From assembly GCA_963726965.1 (NCBI GenBank), contig CAVSEI010000011.1, forward strand, positions 441,915-505,914: 64,000 bases of DNA. Reading direction: 5' to 3'. The stretch comes from an uncultured Actinomycetes bacterium. Lineage in GTDB: Bacteria > Actinomycetota > Acidimicrobiia > IMCC26256 > DASPTH01. Position numbers and translations under genes: made by a program. How positions within the stretch are numbered: the stretch's first letter is position 1; every line of letters starts with the position of its first letter. The notes under the pieces are model-generated. The model saw nothing but the letters and a program-made list of their open reading frames with translations, was not told the DNA's origin and made no database searches. Shown here in pieces: positions 36,181 to 45,617 of this stretch.

Positions 36181-37371
36181 ATGGATCTCCGGTACACCGC
36201 CGCCGAGCAGCAGTTCCGGGCCGACCTGCGTACGTGGTTGGCCGACACCCTGCCCGGTCTCGGACCCGAGCCCGATCGCGAGGACTGGGACGGGCGGCGA
36301 GCCTGGGACACCGGTTGGCAGCGCCTGCTGTTCGACGCCGGGTACGCAGGCATCAACTGGCCCGAGGAGTACGGCGGCCGCGGGGCGACCCCGACCGAGC
36401 ACCTCATCTTCATCGAGGAGAGCGAGCGGGCCCGGGCGCCCTACGTGGGCATGAACTTCGTCGGACTGTTGCACGCGGGGCCGACGCTCATCGCCGAAGC
36501 GTCCGCCGAACAGAAGGCGCACCACCTTCCCGGGATCCTCAAGGGCGAGCACGTGTGGTGCCAGGGATTCTCGGAACCCAACGCCGGTTCCGACCTCGCC
36601 AGCCTCCGGACCCGCGCCGTCCGCGACGGCGACGACTACGTGATCTCCGGCCAGAAGATCTGGACGAGCTACGGCCACGTCGCCGACTACTGCGAGATGC
36701 TCGTGCGCACCGACCCCGAGGCGCCGAAGCACCGGGGAATCTCCTGGCTCATCATGCCGATGGACACTCCCGGCATCGACGTCCGGCCCCTGCTCACCAT
36801 GGAGGGGACCGCCGAGTTCTGCGAAGTGTTCTTCGACGACGTGCGCGTCCCGGTCGTGAACCGGGTGGGCGACGAGAACGACGGGTGGCGCGTCGCGATG
36901 GTCACGCTCAGCTTCGAGCGCGGCACCGCGTTCGTGTCCGACGTGCTCGAGTCGATGGAGTTGGTCCGCGACCTGGCTGAGCTGGCGAAGCGGATCACGA
37001 GCCACGGCGCGACGCGTTGGGAAGATGCCGGCCTGCGCCGCGAGCTCGGGCGCATCGCCGCCGAGTTCGACGCGTTGTGGGCGTTGACCAAGCGCAACAT
37101 CTCCCAGGCGCAGCGCACCGGGCTGGTCGGCGTGGGTGGCAACGTGTTCAAGATCGCGTGGTCCGACCTGCGTCAACACCTCGGCGACATCGCCATGCGG
37201 TTGCTCGACCGTGCGTCGCTGTCGCTCGACGACCTCGCCGACCTCCCGACGGGACGGCACGTGCACGCACGCTTCTACGCGTTGTCGATGACCATCGCCG
37301 CCGGTACGTCGCAGGTGAATCGCAACATCGTGGGGGAGCGCGTGCTCGGCCTCCCCAAAGAGCCACGCTGA
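36181..37371 (+). CDS. acyl-CoA dehydrogenase (long partner of an adjacent pair)
   Basis: Full ORF of 396 aa. The sequence reads MDLRYTAAEQQFRADLRTWLADTLPG...WPEEYGGRGATPTEHLIFIEE...FSEPNAGSDLASLRTRA...IAAGTSQVNRNIVGERVLGLP. Confidence 0.9.
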   Translation: MDLRYTAAEQQFRADLRTWLADTLPGLGPEPDREDWDGRRAWDTGWQRLLFDAGYAGINWPEEYGGRGATPTEHLIFIEESERARAPYVGMNFVGLLHAGPTLIAEASAEQKAHHLPGILKGEHVWCQGFSEPNAGSDLASLRTRAVRDGDDYVISGQKIWTSYGHVADYCEMLVRTDPEAPKHRGISWLIMPMDTPGIDVRPLLTMEGTAEFCEVFFDDVRVPVVNRVGDENDGWRVAMVTLSFERGTAFVSDVLESMELVRDLAELAKRITSHGATRWEDAGLRRELGRIAAEFDALWALTKRNISQAQRTGLVGVGGNVFKIAWSDLRQHLGDIAMRLLDRASLSLDDLADLPTGRHVHARFYALSMTIAAGTSQVNRNIVGERVLGLPKEPR

Positions 37372-38336
37372 TGGACTTCGAGCTGACGGCCGATCAGGAG
37401 TCTCTGCAGGAGGGCATCCGCGCGTTCCTCGACGGACGCTTTCCGCTCGACACCGTTCGAGCCATCGAGGCCGCCGGCACGCTCGATCGTGGACGGTGGC
37501 AGGAGCTCGGGGAGACCGGCGTGTTCTCGTTGACGCTGCCCGAAGCCGACGGTGGTCTCGGCTTCGGGATCTCCGAAGCTGCGCTCGTGTTCGAGGAGCT
37601 GGGACGCGCGCTCGTGCCCGGTCCGCTGGTCGCCACGCTGCTCGCGGCGCCGTGGATCGACGGTGCCGCGGCCGGCGAAACCGTCGTCGGCCTGTTCGAG
37701 CCGGCCACGCCCGTGAGCGTGGTCGAGCGCCAGCCCGAACTCGACGCGCTGCTCGTGATCGACGCCGGCGGGATCCGGCGTCTCGACCCGGCAGCCGTGC
37801 CCACCGAGCCGGTGCGGCGCCCGGTCGATGCCCTCACCCCGATGTGGCTGGTGACGGGCGACGTGCCGCGTGGTGACGACGTGGCGAACGGCTCGGCCGC
37901 GGCCCGGGCTCGCCTCGAAGGGATCGTGCTCACCGCCGCGCTGCAGCTGGGCCTCGCCATCCGGGCGACCGAGCTCGCCACCGCCTACGCCAAGGAGCGT
38001 GAACAGTTCGGGCGGGTGATCGGCTCGTTCCAGGCGGTCAAGCATCTCTGTGCCGACATGCTGGTGCGCGCCGAGGTGGCGCGCGCGGCGGTGTACGCGG
38101 CGGCGGTGGCGCTCGACGGCCGCAGTGACGACGACCCGGCGCGCGCCGCGGCCGTCGCCAAGACCATGGCGGGAGACGCGGCGATCGCCAACGGCAAGTC
38201 GGGGATCCAGGTGCACGGCGGGATCGGCTTCACGTGGGAGGTCGACGCCCAGCGCTTCTGGAAGCGGGCGTGCGTGCTCGACACCCACTTCGGCAACAGC
38301 GACGAGCACGCCGAAGCCGTCGCGGCAACGCTCTGA
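37371..38336 (+). CDS. acyl-CoA dehydrogenase family protein (short partner; beta-subunit-like)
   Basis: ATG 37371 overlaps the upstream stop (TGATG) and is in frame in ORF 37017..38336. The sequence reads MDFELTADQESLQEGIRAFLDGRFP...YAKEREQFGRVIGSFQAVKHLCAD...VHGGIGFTWEVDAQRFWKRA. Confidence 0.85.
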   Translation: MDFELTADQESLQEGIRAFLDGRFPLDTVRAIEAAGTLDRGRWQELGETGVFSLTLPEADGGLGFGISEAALVFEELGRALVPGPLVATLLAAPWIDGAAAGETVVGLFEPATPVSVVERQPELDALLVIDAGGIRRLDPAAVPTEPVRRPVDALTPMWLVTGDVPRGDDVANGSAAARARLEGIVLTAALQLGLAIRATELATAYAKEREQFGRVIGSFQAVKHLCADMLVRAEVARAAVYAAAVALDGRSDDDPARAAAVAKTMAGDAAIANGKSGIQVHGGIGFTWEVDAQRFWKRACVLDTHFGNSDEHAEAVAATL

Positions 38337-38362
38337 CCGGGGTTTTTGGGGAGGCGAGTGAC

Positions 38363-39264
38363 ATGGGGATCTGCGACGGACGCGTCGTCGTCGTCACCGG
38401 GGGAGGGCGCGGCCTGGGCCGCGCGCACTCGCTGGCGTTCGCGGCGGAAGGCGCCAAGGTGATCGTGAACGACCTCGGCGCGTCGTTGACCGGTGACACG
38501 ACCGACGAATCGCCGGGCGCCGAGGTCGTCAACGAGATCCGCGCCACCGGGGGCGAGGCGATCGTCAACGGCGAAGACGTCAGCGACTGGGATGGCGCCG
38601 GGCGACTGATCGCGCAGGCGATCGACGCGTTCGGCGGTCTCGACACCGTGGTGTGCAACGCCGGTATCGTGCGCGACCGCATGATGGTGAACATGTCGGT
38701 CGACGAGTGGGACGCGGTCATCCGCGTCCACCTCCGCGGCATGTTCTGCCCGGTCCGTCACGCCATCGGGTACTGGCGTGACGAACAGAAGGCCGAGCGC
38801 CGGGCGCGTCGCCGCGCATCGTGACGACGACGTCGGGCGCCGGGCTCCGCGGTTCCATCGCGCAGTCGAATTACGTCGCGGCCAAGGCCGGCATCGCCGC
38901 GTTCACCCTCAACGCGGCCGCCGAGCTCGGGCGCTACGGCGTGAAGGCGAACACCATCGCGCCCTCGGCCCGCAGCCGGATGACCGAGGACGCGATGCCC
39001 GAGATGATGGCGCGCCCCGAGTCGGGATTCGACGCGATGGACCCGGCCAACGTGTCACCGTTCGTGGTGTGGCTCGGGAGTGGCGACTGCGACGTCAGCG
39101 GTCGGGCGTTCGAGATGGCGGGCGGCGACGTGTGCGTGATGAACGGCTGGTCGCGGGGTCCGTCGGTCGACGAAGGTCGCCGGCTCACCCCCGACGAGGT
39201 CGGTCCACTCCTCCGGCGGTTGGTCGCCGCCGCGCCCGAGCCCGAGGCCGTCCACGGAACCTGA
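38363..39264 (+). pseudogene. short-chain dehydrogenase/reductase (about 300 aa, hydroxyacyl-CoA/hydroxysteroid dehydrogenase-like), one apparent frameshift
   Basis: ATG 38363 follows GGGGAGG and gives MGICDGRVVVVTGGGRGLGRAHSLAFAAEGAKVIVNDLG...VVCNAGIVRDRMMVNMSVDEWDAVIRVHLRG...YWRDEQKA. The gene continues in ORF 38821..39264 as IVTTTSGAGLRGSIAQSNYVAAKAGIAAFTLNAAAELGRYGVKANTIAP. The frames join near 38785-38800. Confidence 0.8.
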
Positions 39265-39275
39265 CAGGTCGTCAG
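39261..39275. promoter_or_regulatory. palindromic operator-like site CTGACA-GGT-CGTCAG (site 6 of 7)
   Basis: Overlaps SDR stop 39262..39264 and lies about 30 nt upstream of the TetR GTG at 39306. Confidence 0.6.
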
Positions 39276-39305
39276 ATTCGTCCGGACTCAGGTAGCGTCA
39301 CCGAC

Positions 39306-39944
39306 GTGACCGAGCCCGCACTCGCTTCTGACGGCCGGGTGATCGGCGCACGCGCGCACAAGACCCGACGCAAGCTGCTCGACGCCACCGCCCGCTTGCT
39401 CGAGGAGCGGGGGGCGCTCGGACTGCGGGTCGTCGACATCACGCGGGAGGTCGGGACGTCGCCCGCGACCTTCTACCAGTACTTCCCGGACGTCGAGGAA
39501 GCGATCCTCGTGCTCGCCGACGAAGCGACCGACGACATCGAGACCCTGCGGCCGTTCATCCTGACTTCGTGGAACGACCAGGACGGCGTCGGACACGTGC
39601 AGGAGTTCGTCGGCGCGTTCATGGAGTACTGGGACCGCCACCGAGTGATTCTCCGGGTCCGCGACCTGCGGGCCGAAGAGGGCGATGATCGCTTCTGGGC
39701 GGTGCGCCGGCGCGGGTACGCCGCCATCATCCCCGAGCTCACCAACAAGATCGAGGACGCCCAGCTCGGCGGTCGGGTCTCGAAGGAACTCAATTCGTAC
39801 GCCGCCGCCGCCGCGGCGATGGCGATGTTGGAGCGGTTGCTGACCTACCGGTCGGTGTTCCGACGCCGCGGCGTCACCAAGGAAGCCATGGCGGCAACGC
39901 TGGCCGCCATTCTCTACGAGACCGTCACCGGCCACCCGAGCTGA
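39306..39944 (+). CDS. TetR/AcrR-family transcriptional regulator
   Basis: GTG 39306 is in frame in ORF 38778..39944. The N-terminal HTH reads RKLLDATARLLEERGALGLRVVDITREVGTSPATFYQYFPDVEEAIL. The protein is 212 aa. Confidence 0.85.
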   Translation: MTEPALASDGRVIGARAHKTRRKLLDATARLLEERGALGLRVVDITREVGTSPATFYQYFPDVEEAILVLADEATDDIETLRPFILTSWNDQDGVGHVQEFVGAFMEYWDRHRVILRVRDLRAEEGDDRFWAVRRRGYAAIIPELTNKIEDAQLGGRVSKELNSYAAAAAAMAMLERLLTYRSVFRRRGVTKEAMAATLAAILYETVTGHPS

Positions 39945-39960
39945 CGAGAGCGAGGATCCC

Positions 39961-41166
39961 ATGGCACGCGACATCCCCCGGTTCATCAGCGTCGACGATC
40001 ACGTGGTCGAGCCGCCGCATCTGTTCGAGCGGTGGTTGCCGAAGAAGTTCGCCGACGATCCGCGCGCGCCGCACGTCGAGCGTCGGGGGATCGGCAAGAT
40101 GGAGTACAAGGGCGGCACGACGTACGAGATCGAATGGGACGACAGCCAGCCGAAGTCCGACACCTGGTTCTACGAGGAACTGGTGGCTCCCCACAAACGG
40201 CATGTTGCGTCGGTGGGATTCCCACGCGACGAGATGACGTTGTCGCCGATCACGTACGACGAGATGCGGCCCGGGTGTTACGAGCCCGCGGCGCGGCTCG
40301 AGGACATGGACGTCGACCACGTCGAGGCGTCGTTGTGCTTCCCGACCTTCCCGCGGTTCTGTGGGCAGACGTTCTCGGAGGCACAGGACAAAGACCTCGC
40401 GTTCGCGTGCGTCCGTGCGTACAACGACTGGATGGTCGAGGAGTGGTGTGGTGACTCCGGTGGCCGGTTGATCCCGCTGTGCCTCGTGCCCTTGTGGGAC
40501 GTCGAACTCGCGGCCGCCGAGGTGCGCCACAATGCGGCGCGGGGCGTCACCGCGGTGGCGTTCTCCGAGATCCCGTCGAAGCTCGGCCTGCCGACCTTGC
40601 ACTCGGGCTACTGGGAGCCGTTCTTCCACGCGTGCGCGGAGACGCAGACACTGGTGTGCATGCACATCGGGTCGTCGTCGCAGATGCCGGCGACGTCGGC
40701 CGACGCCCCCCCGGCGGTCGCGGCCACGCTGAGTTTCGGCAACGCGATGTCGTCGATGACGGACTATCTGTTCTCCGGTGTGCTCGTCCGCAACCCGGAT
40801 CTGAAGCTCGCGTACAGCGAAGGTCAGATCGGGTGGATCCCCTACATCCTCGAACGGGCCGACGACGTGTGGGTCGAGCACCGCGCGTGGGGCGGCGTAC
40901 AGGGTGTGATGACCGAACCGCCGTCGTTCTACTACCACCGTCAGGTCTTCGGTTGCTTCTTCCGCGACCGCCACGGGCTCGAGTCGCTGCACCGCATCGG
41001 GGTCGACAACGTCACCTTCGAGACCGACTACCCGCACACCGACTCGACCTGGCCGCACACCAGGAAGCTGTTCGAGGAGCAGGTCGCGGACCTCGACGAC
41101 GAGACCGTCTACAAGCTCGCCCGGGGCAACGCCATCCGTATGCTCCGTCTGCCACTCGACCGCTGA
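39961..41166 (+). CDS. amidohydrolase_2 family protein
   Basis: Full ORF of 401 aa. The sequence reads FISVDDHVVEPPHLFERWLP...DHVEASLCFPTFPRFCGQTF...CMHIGSSSQMP...FETDYPHTDSTWPH. By eye it is roughly half identical to the protein at 51150..52355. Confidence 0.85.
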   Translation: MARDIPRFISVDDHVVEPPHLFERWLPKKFADDPRAPHVERRGIGKMEYKGGTTYEIEWDDSQPKSDTWFYEELVAPHKRHVASVGFPRDEMTLSPITYDEMRPGCYEPAARLEDMDVDHVEASLCFPTFPRFCGQTFSEAQDKDLAFACVRAYNDWMVEEWCGDSGGRLIPLCLVPLWDVELAAAEVRHNAARGVTAVAFSEIPSKLGLPTLHSGYWEPFFHACAETQTLVCMHIGSSSQMPATSADAPPAVAATLSFGNAMSSMTDYLFSGVLVRNPDLKLAYSEGQIGWIPYILERADDVWVEHRAWGGVQGVMTEPPSFYYHRQVFGCFFRDRHGLESLHRIGVDNVTFETDYPHTDSTWPHTRKLFEEQVADLDDETVYKLARGNAIRMLRLPLDR

Positions 41167-41200
41167 TCCGCTGATCCGAATCACCCAGGGGGACACCGCG

Positions 41201-42125
41201 ATGCCGCTCGACGCCGATTTCCTGGAGCTCGCCGCCCGCGTCCGCAATTGGGGCCGTTGGGGACCCGACGACGAGCTGGGCACGCTCAACCTGATCGATG
41301 ACGCAGCAGTGAAGCGCGGTGCCGCGTGCGTGCAGAACGGAAAGACGTTCTCGCTCGCGATCCCGCTCGACGACAACGGCCCGCAGATCGGGTTCATCCC
41401 CGGCCGCTACAACCCGATCCACAAGGTCTTCCAGATCAACGAGGTCACCATCGGTGATCCTGACGGCACCCGGTTCTCCGACGATCAGATGGACCTCGCG
41501 CTGCAGGCGTGCACGCACTGGGACGCGCTCTCCCACTCGAGCTACGGCGGGAACCTCTGGAACGGGCATCCGGCCGACGCCATCACGGAGACGGGCGCTT
41601 CCAAGTGTGGCATCGGTCTGGTGAAGACGCTGGTGACGCGCGGCGTGCTGCTCGACATCGCGCGGCTCAAAGGCGTCGACGTGATCGAGGCCGGTACGCC
41701 GTTCACCGGCGCGGACCTCGACGCCGCGTGCGAGGCCGGTGGCGTCACCGTCGAACCCGGCGATGTCGTACTCCTGCGGACCGGCGCGATGTCACTGTTC
41801 CTCGCCGGTGACCGGGAGGGGTACGCCTCGACGAACGCGGGACCGTCGCTGCAGAGCGTCGAGTGGTTCCACGACCACGACGTCGCCGCCGTCGCCACCG
41901 ACAACCCGACGTTCGAGCACGTCGACTTCGAACGATCCGTGCCGCTCCCCGTCCACGCGATCCACCTCGTCGACATGGGGATGACCCAAGGGCAGAACTG
42001 GAACCTGGACGAACTTGCGGCTGACTGCGCTGTCCGACGGGCGCTACACCTTCCTGCTCTCGGCCACGCCCGAGCCGGTCACCGGAGGCACCGGCGCTCC
42101 CGTCGTCCCCGTCGCGGTGAAGTAG
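41201..42125 (+). pseudogene. putative cyclase / kynurenine-formamidase-like family protein, one apparent frameshift near the 3' end
   Basis: The first ~275 codons of ORF 41201..43006 give NWGRWGPDDELGTLNLI...ACTHWDALSHSSYGG...GDVVLLRTG...VATDNPTFEH. The C-terminus LSDGRYTFLLSATPEPVTGGTGAPVVPVAVK-TAG (42123..42125) is in the +1 frame. The frames join near 42026-42030. Confidence 0.75.
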
Positions 42126-43006
42126 ATGAAGTTCATCGCCAACATCTCGATGTGCGACGCGTCGTTCTACGTGCCCCTCGCGCAAGCGGCCGAAGCTGCG
42201 GGGTTCGACACGATCGCGGTCCCCGACAGCATCGCCTACCCCGCGAGTCGTCGTCGACGTATCCGTACAACTTCGACGGCACCCGCGAGTTCCTCGAGAA
42301 CAAGCCGTTCATCGAACCCGGGATCGCCATGGCGGCGATGGGCGCGGTCACGAGCACGATCGAGTTCCACACGTTCGTGCTCAAGACCCCCATCCGCCAC
42401 CCGGTCATCTACGCCAAGGAGGCGACTTCGCTGGCCGTCATCACCGGCGGGCGTTTCGTCCTGGGCGTCGGTTCCAGCCCGTGGCCCGACGACTACGAGA
42501 TCGTCGGCCTCCCCTGGGAGGGCCGTGGCCGACGGTTCGACGAGTGCATCGAGATCGTGCGCGGCCTGGCCGCGGGCGGGTACTTCGAGTACCACGGTGA
42601 GTTCTACGACTTCCCCGCGATCAAGATGGAACCGGTGCCGACGAAGCCGATCCCCGTCCTGATCGGTGGACACGGCGACGCCAACCTGCGCCGCGCGGCC
42701 CGCCTGGGCGACGGGTGGATGGGCGCCGGCGGCATGATCGACGATCTGATCCCGATGATCGACCGGATGAACGACCTGCGCCGCGACTACGGACGCGAGC
42801 AGGTGCCGTTCGCGATCTACGCGACGGCAGGCGAGTCGTTCACCGCCGACGGGATCAAGCGGCTCGAGGACCTGGGGGTCACGCACACCGCGGGCGGGTT
42901 CGGACGGTTCAACCCGTACGGGCTCGAGACCGACCCGGAGACGCTGCAGGAGAAGATCGACAACCTCAACCGCTACGCCGACGAAGTGATCTCCGCCATT
43001 CGTTGA
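42126..43006 (+). pseudogene. LLM-class flavin/F420-dependent oxidoreductase, one apparent frameshift
   Basis: ATG 42126 comes directly after the TAG of the previous gene and gives MKFIANISMCDASFYVPLAQAAEAAGFDTIAVPDSIAYP (ORF 42126..42662). The gene continues in the 41201..43006 frame as RESSSTYPYNFDGTREFLENKPFIEPGIAMAAMGAVTSTIEF...GRFVLGVGSSPWPDDYEIVGLPWEGRGRRFDECIEIV...PVLIGGHGDANLRRAARLGDGWMG. The frames join near 42237-42245. Confidence 0.75.
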
Positions 43007-43017
43007 CCGGTCTGCCG

Positions 43018-43233
43018 TCAGGTGCGGGCGACCAGGCGCGCGGAGGCGGCGAGCAACCCGGCGCCGAGCAGGACGCCGCCGACCGCGATCGGCCACCCGC
43101 CGTGGAACTGCAGCGGTGCGTGCGCGTCCATCACCGCGAGCAGCGTCACCACCGCCGGGCCGATCAGGAGGAACCCGGCGACGAGCGCGCAGAGCATCGC
43201 GACGACGAACCGGATCATCCCCATCGCCCGCAC
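43018..43233 (-). CDS. small hypothetical membrane protein (2 TM)
   Basis: Full ORF of 71 aa with strong GC3 bias. The sequence is MRAMGMIRFVVAMLCALVAGFLLIGPAVVTLLAV...WPIAVGGVLLGAGLLAASARL. Confidence 0.5.
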   Translation of the reverse strand: MRAMGMIRFVVAMLCALVAGFLLIGPAVVTLLAVMDAHAPLQFHGGWPIAVGGVLLGAGLLAASARLVART

Positions 43234-43306
43234 CCCCAGCCCCGCTTCCCGGGGGAAGGTTAGACCGCCGGCTCGGTCCGTCGCCTGGAGGCGGCGCGAG
43301 TCGGGC

Positions 43307-44710
43307 TCACGGCGCGACGGTGCGGCCCTTGGTGCTCACCGGGACGAGACAGATCGTGTCGAGTGGTGGCGCCGGCAGCTTGCACGGATAGGTGGCTCGG
43401 CTCTCGAACGCGGTGGTCGGTGTCGTCTTCTTGTCGATGAACACCACGACCGGCGCGCCTCCGATGCCGCCGATCGGGTCGGGCGGGAGCTTCCGCAACG
43501 CGGCGACGAACGAATCCTTGGTCAGCTTGTCGCCCGCGTCGTAGAGCGCGCGCGCCACCATGCGCATGTTGGTGCACGAGAGCCCGACGACACCCCACTT
43601 CGTGTACCCCTCGGTGTCGGGCTTGAACGAGTCACCGGTCTTGGTGTTCTTGGCGTACACGTCGTTGCACATCACGCCGATCGGAGGCGGACCGAAACCG
43701 GGGAGCCGCCAATCGCCGGTCACGGTGGCCGAGACGAGCGTCGCTCCCTTGTAGTAGTCGGCCACCGACTTCCCGCCGACCTGGAGCACCTTGCTCTGTA
43801 CGAGGTCGGTTCCGAGCGCGTTGTACGAGGACTCGTACACCTTCACCGTCATCGCGGCGCGCTTCATCTCGTTCATGTACGCGGGCAGGGTCGTCGCCGT
43901 GAGGACGGGAATCACGACGTCGGGCTTCGCGCTCGCCAACTTCATGACCGACTGCGGGATCGGCTGCGTACACACGATGTTGCCCTGGCACGGCATCACG
44001 TCGTACGCGACGACGTTGACGCCCTTCTTCTTCAGCGGAGCCACCAGCGCGCGCTCGATCACGTCGGCCTGGTCAGGAAGATCGGTGGCCGCGATCGCGA
44101 CGCGCTTGCCCTTCAGCGCACCGCTGGCCAAGAGGTCCTTCGCGAGCAGACGAAGCTGCCCGTCGGCCGACGGTCCGTACGACGCCAGCCGCCCGTTGGT
44201 GGACGCGTACTCGGAATCGGGCGCGCCGCCGACGTACACCAGCGGCGTCTTGTGGTCACCGGCCACGCAGATCGGCCCGGTGCCCGTGAGCGTGTTCGAG
44301 TTCACGACGACGAACGCCTTGTCGTCTTCGGTCGCGGCGATGCACGCGGCGTCGCGACTGGCCGGGTTCGTCGGGTCGTACTCCTCGTTCTGGAGCACGA
44401 CCTTCCGGCCGCGGATGCCACCGCACACGTTGATCTGGTCGGTGAAGACCTGGAACATGTCGTTGACGTCCCCGACCGGCAGCGAGAAGCCGAGCGGCTC
44501 GTACTTCTCGAGCTGCGATCGGATCTGGACGACCTTGATCGTGCCCTTGGTCGGCGCCGGCCCGGTCTTGGTGCAGAAACGATCGGTGGGCGCGAACGGA
44601 TTGGTGGTCGCGGCTTCGGCGCGATGGCTCGCTGGGGCGACGAGCGCAAGCGCGACCGCAGTCACGCCCACCGCCACCAGCGAACCGACCCCCCTGTTCA
44701 CGGGGTGCAC
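43307..44710 (-). CDS. ABC transporter substrate-binding protein (LivK/periplasmic-binding type I family), orphan
   Basis: Full ORF of 467 aa with a signal-like N-terminus (GVGSLVAVGVTAVALALVAPASHRAEA). The body resembles the SBP at 7211..8547 (several conserved Cys, and GKRVAIAATDLPDQ). No permease or ATPase gene is adjacent. Confidence 0.8.
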   Translation of the reverse strand: MHPVNRGVGSLVAVGVTAVALALVAPASHRAEAATTNPFAPTDRFCTKTGPAPTKGTIKVVQIRSQLEKYEPLGFSLPVGDVNDMFQVFTDQINVCGGIRGRKVVLQNEEYDPTNPASRDAACIAATEDDKAFVVVNSNTLTGTGPICVAGDHKTPLVYVGGAPDSEYASTNGRLASYGPSADGQLRLLAKDLLASGALKGKRVAIAATDLPDQADVIERALVAPLKKKGVNVVAYDVMPCQGNIVCTQPIPQSVMKLASAKPDVVIPVLTATTLPAYMNEMKRAAMTVKVYESSYNALGTDLVQSKVLQVGGKSVADYYKGATLVSATVTGDWRLPGFGPPPIGVMCNDVYAKNTKTGDSFKPDTEGYTKWGVVGLSCTNMRMVARALYDAGDKLTKDSFVAALRKLPPDPIGGIGGAPVVVFIDKKTTPTTAFESRATYPCKLPAPPLDTICLVPVSTKGRTVAP

Positions 44711-44728
44711 GCTAGATGCTCGCTCCGC

Positions 44729-45574
44729 TCACGCGTCGTCGCGCGGCTCCGCGGTCCGGTAGTCGCCGAACGGCGTGTCCCGCTTGGTGAGGGTGTCTCG
44801 GAGACCGGTGGCCCGGATGTCGGCCACGAACTTCTCCATGGTCTCGGTGTGGGTCGCGAGGGCACTGAGCTCGGTGCCGGCCCGGATCGACGACCGCAGC
44901 CCCATGACTTCCATGGCGCGGTGCACGGTCCGCTTGTTGATCTGCACCAGGTCGCTCGGGATCTGGGCGATCCGGCTCGCGATCGCGAGCACGTGCTCCT
45001 CGAGCTCCTCGACCGGGTACGCCCGGTTCGCCCACCCGAGCTGGGCGGCTTCCACCCCGGAGAACGAGTCGCCGGTGAGCATCGACTCCATGCCCGCCCG
45101 CATGCCGAACAGCCACGCGTGGTACTGCATGTCCGGCGTGCCGAAGCGCACCGCGGGGTAACCGATCTTGGCGTCCTCGGCGACGTACACGAGGTCGCAC
45201 CCGGTCGCGAGCTCGCTCCCACCGGCCAGGCAGTACCCGTGTACCTGCGCGATCACCGGCTTGGCGAGATCCCAGATGCTCATCCAGCCGTTGGTGACGC
45301 CGCGCATGTACGAGCCCTCGCCCTCCGAGTTGTAGTCGAGGGGCTCGCCCTGCGCGTTGGGATCGCCGGAGAGGTCGTAGCCCGCGGAGAAGCACTTCCC
45401 CGCGCCCCGGATGACGGTGACCCGCACCTCGGGGTCGCGATCGAACTCACGCGTCGCGACCAGGATCTCGCGCCGGAGGGTCGCGTTGAGCGCGTTGCGC
45501 TTCTCCGGACGGTTCAGGGTGATGCGACGTACCGCGGGCGCGGGATCGTCGACCAGGATCAGGGAAGCACTCAC
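44729..45574 (-). CDS. enoyl-CoA hydratase/isomerase (crotonase) family protein
   Basis: Full ORF of 281 aa with a GTG start. The sequence reads VRRITLNRPEKRNALNATL...VIRGAGKCFSAGYDLS...KPVIAQVHGYCLAGGSELATGCDLVYVAEDAKIGYPAVRFG. Confidence 0.9.
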   Translation of the reverse strand: MSASLILVDDPAPAVRRITLNRPEKRNALNATLRREILVATREFDRDPEVRVTVIRGAGKCFSAGYDLSGDPNAQGEPLDYNSEGEGSYMRGVTNGWMSIWDLAKPVIAQVHGYCLAGGSELATGCDLVYVAEDAKIGYPAVRFGTPDMQYHAWLFGMRAGMESMLTGDSFSGVEAAQLGWANRAYPVEELEEHVLAIASRIAQIPSDLVQINKRTVHRAMEVMGLRSSIRAGTELSALATHTETMEKFVADIRATGLRDTLTKRDTPFGDYRTAEPRDDA

Positions 45575-45617
45575 ACAGGTCTCCTCACTCAGTGGTCGAC
45601 TCCGCTTCGTCTCCGGG

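Noticed and set aside
41201-43006. A 601-aa ORF that looks like a single cyclase-LLM fusion protein.
   Set aside because: The middle ~80 codons (...AVRRALHLPALGHARAGHRRHRRSRRPRRGEVDEV...) are junk. The cyclase C-terminus and a TAG stop (42123..42125) are visible in the +1 frame. A separate ATG at 42126 starts a normal LLM N-terminus. The ORF is therefore two genes, each with one frame break, that happen to leave one frame open.
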